Part shown: piece after piece, positions 1-7,976 of the stretch
Layout: every line of letters begins with the position of its first letter
Numbering within the stretch: the stretch's first letter is position 1
DNA from: a virus
Taxonomy: Duplodnaviria > Heunggongvirae > Uroviricota > Caudoviricetes
Strand: one strand, 5' to 3'
IMG/VR virus record: IMGVR_UViG_3300007734_000754
Span: 64,001 to 114,268 of that record
DNA length: 50,268 bases
Made by a program: the position numbers and the translations under genes
The notes under the pieces: model-generated
What the model was told of the DNA's origin: nothing
What the model saw: the letters and a program-made list of their open reading frames with translations, nothing else
Databases searched by the model: none

Positions 1-408
1 TACCAGAAAGCAATATCAGAAGAAGTAGAATCTGAATTTGACTATAAACCATACCTTGAATCTATTATGAAATATATGGTAGATCAAGGTAAAAAGGTAG
101 AACCTTTTCCGGAAATTGAATTAAAAGATGATCCTGAACAATCAAAAAATTTCTTCGGTAAAACAGCGTATTATAGTCCAGAGGAGAAGAAGGTAGTACT
201 GTATATAAACGGAAGATTACCTAAAGACGTTTGTAGATCATTCTCTCATGAAATGATTCATCATATGCAAAATTTGGAAGGTAGAATAGGTGACGGCAGT
301 ATTACAACTACAAATACAAACGAAGACGATTACTTACAAAAAATTGAAAAAGAAGCCTACCTAGAAGGAAACATTACATTTAGAAACTGGGAAGATAGTG
401 TAAAGTAA
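1..408 (+). CDS. C-terminal part of a gene starting before the window; zincin-like (HExxH) metallopeptidase-type domain
   Basis: Frame is open from base 1 (YQKAISEEVESEF...), so the ATG at 67 is probably internal; contains SFSHEMIHHMQ with a downstream E (EKEAY). Confidence 0.6.
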   Translation, partial: YQKAISEEVESEFDYKPYLESIMKYMVDQGKKVEPFPEIELKDDPEQSKNFFGKTAYYSPEEKKVVLYINGRLPKDVCRSFSHEMIHHMQNLEGRIGDGSITTTNTNEDDYLQKIEKEAYLEGNITFRNWEDSVK

Positions 409-421
409 TAGGTTTTAATTT

Positions 422-796
422 ATGAAAAAACCCGTAGTTACAAGAAAACAGGTTATAGCATATGTAGAAAAGTATATAGAGGTAGTAGAGAAGTATTACG
501 GTGAATCAAAACATCAAAAAACTACTCCATATATTACTCTAAGTAGTATAATTGAAGATGATATAAAAGGAGAGTATTGTTATATCTTTAATGAAATCAT
601 CATATATTGGAAGAATATATGTAGTTTAGAAGAATTAATAAGAACCCTTATTCATGAATATCAACACTATTTGCAATCACCTTCTTGGATGACTAGGTAC
701 TATAGGATGGGATACAATTACAGTAATCATCCCTACGAAATAGCAGCAGATAAAGAAGAAGAAAATTGGAAAATTATATGGGAACAAGCATTGTAG
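422..796 (+). CDS. Small HExxH zinc-metallopeptidase-like protein
   Basis: TLIHEYQHYLQ plus downstream HPYEIAA (third ligand E), typical of small phage zincins. Confidence 0.65.
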   Translation: MKKPVVTRKQVIAYVEKYIEVVEKYYGESKHQKTTPYITLSSIIEDDIKGEYCYIFNEIIIYWKNICSLEELIRTLIHEYQHYLQSPSWMTRYYRMGYNYSNHPYEIAADKEEENWKIIWEQAL

Positions 797-1368
797 AATT
801 ACTAGAGGCATATCCACAATATGAAATCTATTGCGATATGGATGGAGTATTGACTGACTTTGAAGGAAGGTTTATGGATATGTTAAAAGAGGAAGGACAT
901 AAGTACTATTCAAAAGCAGAACTAGAAGGAATACTAAGACCTAAACATTTTCAAAGAGAATTTGGAGAAGGTGAATTTTGGAAATTTGTAGATAGTTTTG
1001 GAGAAGAATTCTGGTCAGGAATGAACTGGATGCCAAATGGAGAAGCATTATGGAGTTTTATTTCACCTTATAACCCTAAAATACTATCATCTCCTTCTAA
1101 AGATAATTCTTCAAGATTAGGAAAAAGGATGTGGATAAGAGAACATCTTAACCCATCTCCTGCTGAAATAATATTTGCACTATCAGAAAATAAACAAGAT
1201 TACGCAACTCCAAAATCAATCCTTATAGATGATAAGCCGTCAAATATAGAGCAATGGGAAGCACAAGGAGGTATTGCTATGAAAGTAAAAGACGGAGAAA
1301 TCCAATCAGTTATTAAAAAATTAAAAGAACTAGGTTATAATGAACAATCCATTAAAGAAAGAATTTAA
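778..1368 (+). CDS. HAD-superfamily phosphatase, 5'(3')-deoxyribonucleotidase-like
   Basis: Motif I YCDMDGVLTDF, motif II ILSSP, K of motif III (GKRMW), motif IV ILIDD. Start could be 766 or 778. Confidence 0.75.
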   Translation: MGTSIVELLEAYPQYEIYCDMDGVLTDFEGRFMDMLKEEGHKYYSKAELEGILRPKHFQREFGEGEFWKFVDSFGEEFWSGMNWMPNGEALWSFISPYNPKILSSPSKDNSSRLGKRMWIREHLNPSPAEIIFALSENKQDYATPKSILIDDKPSNIEQWEAQGGIAMKVKDGEIQSVIKKLKELGYNEQSIKERI

Positions 1369-1909
1369 GTCAAGAGATGTTAACAGAGCTAGAAACCTAA
1401 TAACAAAGGACTTCTCAGGAAAAACAGTAGAAGGAATAGGGTATCAAAAAGCACACATAGCTTATAAAGAAGGAGATGTGTGGGAGGAAAGCGGCCGTAC
1501 CTGGACTATTAAAGATGGTATAAGGCAGAATATTACCAAGCTTGATAAAGCAAAAAAAGCATTACAAACACCGTTAGCCTGCCCAAAGTGCGGAGGAACT
1601 ATGAATTACCATTTGCATGAGAAGATGTATAAGATTCATAAGATGTGCTTCGATTGTGTTATTGATTATGAAGGTAAGTTAAGAGTAACAGGATTGTACG
1701 ATAGGTATGAAAAAGCTATGGTACACGGAGGATTAAGAGCATTTGCAAAAGACTTAGAACAGTATATATTAGATGAACTAAGCTCAAGTAATGTATACGT
1801 AACAGAACAGGGAGATGTAGAGGATTGGAACGGCAACGATAAAGCTAATCAACGAATGCTGCAAAATGTAAAAGAAATAGTAGAACATATTAGAGCAAAT
1901 GTAGATTAA
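1340..1909 (+). CDS. Hypothetical protein with Zn-binding CxxC...CxxC
   Basis: CPKC and CFDC pairs; 189 aa ORF overlapping the previous gene. Confidence 0.55.
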   Translation: MNNPLKKEFKSRDVNRARNLITKDFSGKTVEGIGYQKAHIAYKEGDVWEESGRTWTIKDGIRQNITKLDKAKKALQTPLACPKCGGTMNYHLHEKMYKIHKMCFDCVIDYEGKLRVTGLYDRYEKAMVHGGLRAFAKDLEQYILDELSSSNVYVTEQGDVEDWNGNDKANQRMLQNVKEIVEHIRANVD

Positions 1910-1948
1910 TATATACTTCTACATATTTATTAAAAACAATTAACAGAT

Positions 1949-2092
1949 ATGGCAAAAGTAAAATCAGCTCCATCAGCAACTAAAGTAGAAAAAGCAAAAG
2001 TATCAAGACCAGGAGTTCACTCAAAAACAAAGACCTCTTCTTTAAAGAGTTCTAAAAACTATAGAAAGCTTTATAAAGGGCAGGGAAGATAG
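1949..2092 (+). CDS. 47-aa highly basic peptide (not in the ORF track)
   Basis: Translated by hand: MAKVKSAPSATKVEKAKVSRPGVHSKTKTSSLKSSKNYRKLYKGQGR*; TATTTAT at 1924 upstream; stop lies 1 nt before the next ATG. Confidence 0.7.
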   Translation: MAKVKSAPSATKVEKAKVSRPGVHSKTKTSSLKSSKNYRKLYKGQGR

Positions 2093-2093
2093 T

Positions 2094-2633
2094 ATGAAAC
2101 TAATAAAAGTACTTCACGAAAATGCAGATACAGAAGAACAAACTGTAGATATAAAGTATTACAAGGATGTAAACGCTATTATCGCCTCTGTAGGTGGTAA
2201 GAAGGTTGGAGCACTTAGAGTTAAACCTTACCAAGACGGCTACCAAGTAGATTCTGTTATAGTTAATCCTGATTATAGAAACTTCGGAATAGGAAAAGAG
2301 ATGTATAGAACTGCATTTGAAAGTTTAAAAACATTATACTCAGACAAGTATCAAACACCGGATGCAAAAAGAGTTTGGGATAGTTTAATAAAGTCCGGTG
2401 AAGCTACTAGAGAAGGTCAACGATTCAAAATGATAAAGGCACTTGAAGAATCAATTAGCTTAACAGGTATATTAAAGGAATTAATAGACGATCCTGTTCA
2501 ACCAGGTATATTAAAAGATAGACTAGGAAAATTAACCTGTATAAAGGTTAGAACAGCTCATTCAGCATTAGGTAACAAAGGTACCCATTACGGAAAAGCA
2601 TTACAGAGATATCTTAATTACCATTGTCAATAA
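2094..2633 (+). CDS. GNAT-family acetyltransferase with an N-terminal leader and a short C-terminal Cys/His module
   Basis: Acetyl-CoA motif A: VIVNPDYRNFGIGKEMY; SxxQTPDAKRVW motif B. Confidence 0.75.
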   Translation: MKLIKVLHENADTEEQTVDIKYYKDVNAIIASVGGKKVGALRVKPYQDGYQVDSVIVNPDYRNFGIGKEMYRTAFESLKTLYSDKYQTPDAKRVWDSLIKSGEATREGQRFKMIKALEESISLTGILKELIDDPVQPGILKDRLGKLTCIKVRTAHSALGNKGTHYGKALQRYLNYHCQ

Positions 2634-2691
2634 AAAAAACTACTATTTATTTATATAGCAAAAAGCAATTACCGTATTTATATCCTAATAA

Positions 2692-4287
2692 ATGAAAAAA
2701 TCAAAACAACTAGTAGAAACCACGCAAGGAGCAGTAGAACTTCCAGCTGGTACAAATACTAACGATATTAAGAAGATGACAGCTCAAGGGCTTAACGTAA
2801 AACTTGTAAAACCTGGACAGCAATTAGAAGAAGAAGAAGGAGTAACACCTTTTGAGTATTCAAAAACTGATTCTGAAGCTTTAGGGCAACAGGTTGAAAG
2901 AGCGTTAATAAATACTTTAAAAGCTCAAGGAGATGAAATACATAGAAAACCTGACGGAAAACCTGACGTTGATCTAAATGCAGGAATTAACCGGTTTTCA
3001 ATTGAAGTAAACTACGGGGATAATGTAACTGCTAAGAATGATATTTTTAAATTTACAATTGATCCACAGACATCAAAATTGATGTTTAAGCTAGGTAAAC
3101 ATACAGTACCGCTTATCGGAATAGTTAGAACAACAGAAGGTAATAGTGAATCATTTAATACAGAATTACTAAAAAGAAATTTAGGAATAGTATTAAAAAA
3201 ATTAAAAGCTATGCCGAAGGTTGATGATCAACAACCAGAACCAGAAGTAGCACCTGAAGCACCTCAAGACGATTCTCTAACAGAAGAAGTATTAGATGAA
3301 ATCGAATTTACAATAAACGGTTTAGGGAAATATAGCAGTATTAGCAGTGATGCAGATACAATCACAGGAAGAGATCAAGGAGGAACAGTTAGAACTTTTT
3401 CTAAAAAGAAAGTAGAATTAGATAACCCGGGAATCTTTGATAAACAGCCAAGAGAAAGAAAGCCAAGAGAGAAAAAACCTCAAGGAGTTCGTCCTTATTC
3501 AGAAGCACAGTATAGAAAAGTTCTACAAGGAGCAATTGATGATGCTGGAAGTACAGAATTTGCATACGATATAGCAGAATCTATGATATTAGATCCTCAA
3601 ATCTTAGCTAGACTTGCAAAAGACTACCCAGGAGATTCAGCTAAAAAACTACAACAAAGACTACAGTGGGATTTAGAAGCTTGTGATTCACCAGAAGATG
3701 ATTACGATGATGATCACGAAGTAGCAGAAAATCTAGACTCAGTTGGACAAGGAGATGACGGTACTAACAACGATAGAGAAGATCTAGACATAGGACATCA
3801 AGATGATGAACCAGGAATGTTATTGTCAGATCTTTACGGTATTATGCAATCGGCAAAAAGCCTATATGAATTAGTATCACAATTTGAAGGACAAGGAGAA
3901 GTTGATTTTCCTCACTGGTGGCAAGCAAAAATAATAAATGCAAAAGCAAATCTATCTGCAGCAAGACAGTATTTAGATTTTGAAGTAAACAGACCACAAC
4001 AAGTAAACATAGCTTCAGCAGCATTAGATGAGTTAGGAGTTATAGATCAGAAACCAGCAGCACCAGCTGCAAATCAAGCTAAAGTTCCATCTGATGTAGC
4101 AGCATTAAATAAAGCAGTAAGTACAACAGCAGTAGCAGCTAGACAAAAAAACATCAATACTACAACTGAACTTCCAGGAGCAGTTGATAACTTTTTTCAG
4201 GGAATAGGACTTCCACCAGATAAAATTAAAAAAGGAAGTATTCTGAATATTGTAAGTAAAGAATTGACTAAGTTAGGGTACAAATAA
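2692..4287 (+). CDS. Large acidic multi-module protein, putative internal head protein
   Basis: 531 aa; modules separated by LVE, LEE, LTE, LDE and acidic linkers. Confidence 0.5.
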   Translation: MKKSKQLVETTQGAVELPAGTNTNDIKKMTAQGLNVKLVKPGQQLEEEEGVTPFEYSKTDSEALGQQVERALINTLKAQGDEIHRKPDGKPDVDLNAGINRFSIEVNYGDNVTAKNDIFKFTIDPQTSKLMFKLGKHTVPLIGIVRTTEGNSESFNTELLKRNLGIVLKKLKAMPKVDDQQPEPEVAPEAPQDDSLTEEVLDEIEFTINGLGKYSSISSDADTITGRDQGGTVRTFSKKKVELDNPGIFDKQPRERKPREKKPQGVRPYSEAQYRKVLQGAIDDAGSTEFAYDIAESMILDPQILARLAKDYPGDSAKKLQQRLQWDLEACDSPEDDYDDDHEVAENLDSVGQGDDGTNNDREDLDIGHQDDEPGMLLSDLYGIMQSAKSLYELVSQFEGQGEVDFPHWWQAKIINAKANLSAARQYLDFEVNRPQQVNIASAALDELGVIDQKPAAPAANQAKVPSDVAALNKAVSTTAVAARQKNINTTTELPGAVDNFFQGIGLPPDKIKKGSILNIVSKELTKLGYK

Positions 4288-4323
4288 TGCCACAGTTAGA
4301 TATTACCGGTTAAAGAAAGTAAA

Positions 4324-4842
4324 ATGAAAAAATCCCAATTAAGAGATATTATAGTTGAAGCATTTGTAGAAGTATTAAGAGAAGCAGAAGCTCCTGTACT
4401 AAAAACTTCTAGTCAAGAGATATTAGGAAAATTTCCCACTGTAAAAAAGACTTTAACGCGATTATTGTCTAGTGAGTACGATCAATTTGTAGAGGAGGTA
4501 AGATGGGTAGCACCAAAACCTTCGACGTTTCAAGTTGCATTAAAAAATGGACAGTCATTCTTTTTGAAGTGGACTGGAAAGGATTTTGAAGCACAAATTG
4601 AAGGTAAAAACTACTTCTTAGGAGGAGTATCAGAATACCAGCAAGCTTTAGATAAATTGAATGATCTTCTTAAATACGGACCAGTAACCCAAGGTGAAGA
4701 ACCAGGAGCAGAAGAATTTGGAGCAGAAGCAGGAACACCACCTGCAGAACCAGGAGCAGCAGGAGCAGAAGATTTTGGAGCAGTACCTGAAACACCAGAA
4801 GCAGAAACAGGTACAGAAGAAGAAACACCAACATCGCTATAA
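4324..4842 (+). CDS. Putative head-associated protein with [12 protein letters not shown]...VLRE leader and acidic Pro/Ala/Glu tail
   Basis: Leader resembles that of 12332..12700. Confidence 0.5.
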   Translation: MKKSQLRDIIVEAFVEVLREAEAPVLKTSSQEILGKFPTVKKTLTRLLSSEYDQFVEEVRWVAPKPSTFQVALKNGQSFFLKWTGKDFEAQIEGKNYFLGGVSEYQQALDKLNDLLKYGPVTQGEEPGAEEFGAEAGTPPAEPGAAGAEDFGAVPETPEAETGTEEETPTSL

Positions 4843-4844
4843 CT

Positions 4845-5654
4845 ATGAAGCTTTTAGAAGTACTACAGACAGATCACTATAAAGAGAGAAAAGAAGATAG
4901 ATCTCAAATAGTAGATATTCAGGTTGATTCTAAAGCATTTCAACCATATACAAGAGAAGAAGTTATTCCAAACCTAAAGCAACTTATAGAGGAGAGATTA
5001 TTAAAAGTTTTAAGAGCTTTTGAAAACTCTTCAATAAAGCAAGCTGGGAGTATAGTAAAAGCATTACCAGTTCTTACACCATATTTACAGAATAACGGAA
5101 AACAGTACCCATTACAGCTAACAACTAAAACAAGAGATAAAGATAAAGAGAATGTAGGTAATACTTATGTTATCGTTAAAATTGGAGATAGCTTGGTAAC
5201 AGTAATGGTAGTTCCAAAAGATGCTGATCTTATAACACAGACAAGAGAACACTTAGAGAAAAAAGTTGCTGAAAAAAAAGCAGATCCAAAAGTGCTAACC
5301 TATCCAATCGATATAGGCAGAACTATCAATTCAGATTATGTTATAGATATAAAAGAAGCAGCAAATGATGTTCAAGTAGGATTACAAAAAGCAGAAGTAC
5401 CTCAAGAAGATCTTCCTTATAAAATAAGAACAGATTACAGAAAAGATGCTACATTTACTCACAATACCTACGGTACAGGTAAAATCGTAAACACATCCTC
5501 AGGAATAAAAGGAGATCCGGGCATATCAGGAAAATTAGACTGGGTAGATGTTGATTTTGGGAAACCATTTTTAAAAGCAGGAAAATTGACATCTATTAGA
5601 AGAATAGATAATGTGTACACAACTAGACATTTTGCAAATAGATCACAAGATTAG
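4845..5654 (+). CDS. Hypothetical protein; possible small RNase-like N-terminal motif and SH3-like C-terminal domain
   Basis: TDHYKERKEDR near the N terminus; FTHNTYGTGKIV...VDVDFG at the C terminus. The ORF is solid; the function is speculative. Confidence 0.4.
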   Translation: MKLLEVLQTDHYKERKEDRSQIVDIQVDSKAFQPYTREEVIPNLKQLIEERLLKVLRAFENSSIKQAGSIVKALPVLTPYLQNNGKQYPLQLTTKTRDKDKENVGNTYVIVKIGDSLVTVMVVPKDADLITQTREHLEKKVAEKKADPKVLTYPIDIGRTINSDYVIDIKEAANDVQVGLQKAEVPQEDLPYKIRTDYRKDATFTHNTYGTGKIVNTSSGIKGDPGISGKLDWVDVDFGKPFLKAGKLTSIRRIDNVYTTRHFANRSQD

Positions 5655-5697
5655 TATTTAGAAAAAGAAGTACTATTTATAATTAAATAATATACAA

Positions 5698-6387
5698 ATG
5701 ACAGATAATTTCAACTTAAAAAAATTCTTAACAGAGAATAGGTTGACTACTAATGCAAAGGCACAAGAAGTAGCAGAAGAAAAGTTCTATGCTCCTGATT
5801 ATATAGCTCAAAAATACGGGAATAAAGCTAAAGAAATAGAGCAAAACATTCATGATGCTGAAGAAGCAGAGAACAATCCTAACTTGTGGGATCATTTTAC
5901 TTCTTTAGAAACACCAGGAGAGGTAGATGATTTTATTCAAGGATTTATTGACGAAGGAGTAAATGAGAATACAGAAGTTGAAGAAGTAACTTTAGGAAAT
6001 ACTCGTTTTGCAGTAGAAGAGCCAGATCCAATAGATGATGGAACAATTTTATCAATATCTAAACATAAAAATGGGTACTTTATAATAGGTGAAGTACGGG
6101 ACCAAGATGGAGATGTAAAAGAAGCATACGGATATGGAGTAGATTTTGACGGAAATGTAATTGAAGGTGTCTACGATGAAAAAGATCTTGATGGCGATAC
6201 AGCAGTAAGTGAAGGAACAGAAACATCTTGGAAAGATTTATGGAATGCATTACAAGCAGCTTTAGATAAAAAAGATGATCAAGAATCAACTGCAGCTTTA
6301 AAAGTAATTGGAAGAGCGGTAAGTTCTAAACTAAAAGGACATGTTAAGCAAGGAGCAGATGCTCTAAAAACACATTTAGAGAAATAA
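5698..6387 (+). CDS. Acidic putative internal head protein with leader MTDNFNLKKFLTENRLT
   Basis: Leader shared with the ORFs starting at 6400 and 7278; TATTTATA at 5674. Confidence 0.55.
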   Translation: MTDNFNLKKFLTENRLTTNAKAQEVAEEKFYAPDYIAQKYGNKAKEIEQNIHDAEEAENNPNLWDHFTSLETPGEVDDFIQGFIDEGVNENTEVEEVTLGNTRFAVEEPDPIDDGTILSISKHKNGYFIIGEVRDQDGDVKEAYGYGVDFDGNVIEGVYDEKDLDGDTAVSEGTETSWKDLWNALQAALDKKDDQESTAALKVIGRAVSSKLKGHVKQGADALKTHLEK

Positions 6388-6399
6388 TATATAATAAAC

Positions 6400-6760
6400 A
6401 TGGCAGATAACTTTAATTTAAGATCATTCTTATCAGAGAATAAACTTACAAAAAACACACAACTTCTTAAAGAAGGAAGTTTCCTTAGACGGAAAACCAG
6501 TAGACATGGGTTCAATCGAAATCGATGGAATAGACATGAACGACTACCCAGACTTTGTAGATGCTTATATCGTAGCAGCAGAATTTGAAGATGGTACTCC
6601 ATTAACAGATGACGAATTACAAGAACTTGAAGATCAAAATTACGGATTGACTAGTGAATTAATTCACGATAGACAGCTTTACCTAGAAGAAAAGAAAGAA
6701 ACTTGGGAAGAAGGAGTAAAAGCAAAAGAAACAGTAAAAAGAAGCAGTAAACGAAAATAA
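6400..6760 (+). CDS. Leader-bearing protein split by a +1 frame change near 6466-6476 (MADNFNLRSFLSENKLTKNTQLLKE / EVSLDGKPVDMGSIEIDGIDMNDYPDFVDAYI...)
   Basis: The 6400 frame carries the shared leader, then turns into implausible sequence; the +1 frame is open from 6422 and gives an acidic domain ending at 6760. Confidence 0.55.
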
Positions 6761-6761
6761 A

Positions 6762-7892
6762 ATGACAGATAGAGACAAGTACTTAACAAGATTAGTAGAG
6801 AATGCTTTAGGGATTCAAAGTGAAGATTTTCAAGAAGAAGGATACGGCGACGGTAACGCAAAATTTAAAGCAGAAAAAAGAGGATTACCACCAGTACAAG
6901 GTCCTCAATATTCAGAAGCAGCTAACGAAGAAATGGTAGAAAAAGAGCCACTTCCAAAATACGAAAACATCGAAAAATTGATGCAAGAAATCGAAGAGGG
7001 AACTAACAAAGCCATGTACGAATACAAAATCAAAAGAATGGAAGAAATTGCTGATATGCTAAAAGAGAAAGTAAGCTACCTAGAAGAAGGAGAGCATGCA
7101 GAATATACCGACAAAAAAGCTATTAGCCAACTATACAAAGACATTAAGAAGTTACAAGACGGAGCAGCAAAACTAAGAAAAGAATTTGATAAAAAATTCA
7201 ATAAAAAAGGAAAAGCAGCAGCTCCAAAAGTAGAAACAGAAACAGAAAAACCAACTTTACAAGAAAACAAAAACACTATGAAAAATTTTGATTTAAAAAA
7301 GTTCTTAACAGAGAACAAATTAACTTCTAACTCTAGAATGTTATTAAAAGAAAACTCAGACATGGATGAGAAAATGCAATTCTTTATGGACTTCATGGAA
7401 CAGTATGAAGCAGGAATGCCAGAAGCAGATATCTTAGAGATATTACAAGACTCATATGACATCCCAGAAGATGTAAACATGCAGATTTTAGAAAAAGCAA
7501 CATCTGAATTAGATCTTGTAATTAACGACATCTATACAGCAATTTTTGAATCAGAAAATCTTTTCGAAAAAGCTGGAAAAGGAGTACTTACTCAAGCAAA
7601 TAATATAAGTAAGAAAGCAGGTATGACAGAAATTATCGTAATCGTTGGCGGAGGTCAAGGAGGTATTGACGATGTAAGTACAGTAACTACACCATTAAGC
7701 TTTGAAAAATATTGTCAGAAAAAAGGAGTTACAGATTTTAATGAGAGCAGAACAATGGCTTCATCAGATATTGATGAAGAAACAAGCATAGCTTATGTAG
7801 ATGCAAACAACATTGATCCACAGATTAAAGCAGTAATACTAGACGATAATTCAGATTCGAATGATGTTTATGCAGCTTTAGAAACAATATAA
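6762..7892 (+). CDS. Coiled-coil/acidic protein containing an internal copy of the leader (MKNFDLKKFLTENKLT at 7278)
   Basis: In-frame ATG at 7278 preceded by A-rich AAAACAAAAACACT. Confidence 0.55.
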   Translation: MTDRDKYLTRLVENALGIQSEDFQEEGYGDGNAKFKAEKRGLPPVQGPQYSEAANEEMVEKEPLPKYENIEKLMQEIEEGTNKAMYEYKIKRMEEIADMLKEKVSYLEEGEHAEYTDKKAISQLYKDIKKLQDGAAKLRKEFDKKFNKKGKAAAPKVETETEKPTLQENKNTMKNFDLKKFLTENKLTSNSRMLLKENSDMDEKMQFFMDFMEQYEAGMPEADILEILQDSYDIPEDVNMQILEKATSELDLVINDIYTAIFESENLFEKAGKGVLTQANNISKKAGMTEIIVIVGGGQGGIDDVSTVTTPLSFEKYCQKKGVTDFNESRTMASSDIDEETSIAYVDANNIDPQIKAVILDDNSDSNDVYAALETI

Positions 7893-7913
7893 ACTGAAAA
7901 AGTAAAAAAAAAC

Positions 7914-7942
7914 AAGCCCACCCCATAAAGGTGGGTTTTTTT
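7914..7942 (+). terminator. Intrinsic terminator
   Basis: CCCACC-CCATAAA-GGTGGG followed by a T7 run, directly after the 7892 stop. Confidence 0.8.
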
Positions 7943-7951
7943 ATATACACA

Positions 7952-7959
7952 TATTTATA
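7952..7959 (+). promoter_or_regulatory. Putative late promoter TATTTATA upstream of terL
   Basis: One of about 18 intergenic TATTTAT(A/T) copies (also 1924, 2644, 2675, 5674, 9557, 11456, 16081, 19018, 19746, 24359, 29699, 33315, 35549, 36135, 37150, 39535, 44315, 47123). Confidence 0.6.
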
Positions 7960-7976
7960 ATATATAAGTATATAAT

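Noticed and set aside
4694-4882. Alternative-frame plus-strand ORFs (4694..4882, 33300..33515) and the 32982 start
   Set aside because: They overlap better-supported genes or span promoter sequence; 33036 is the more plausible start for the coiled-coil gene.
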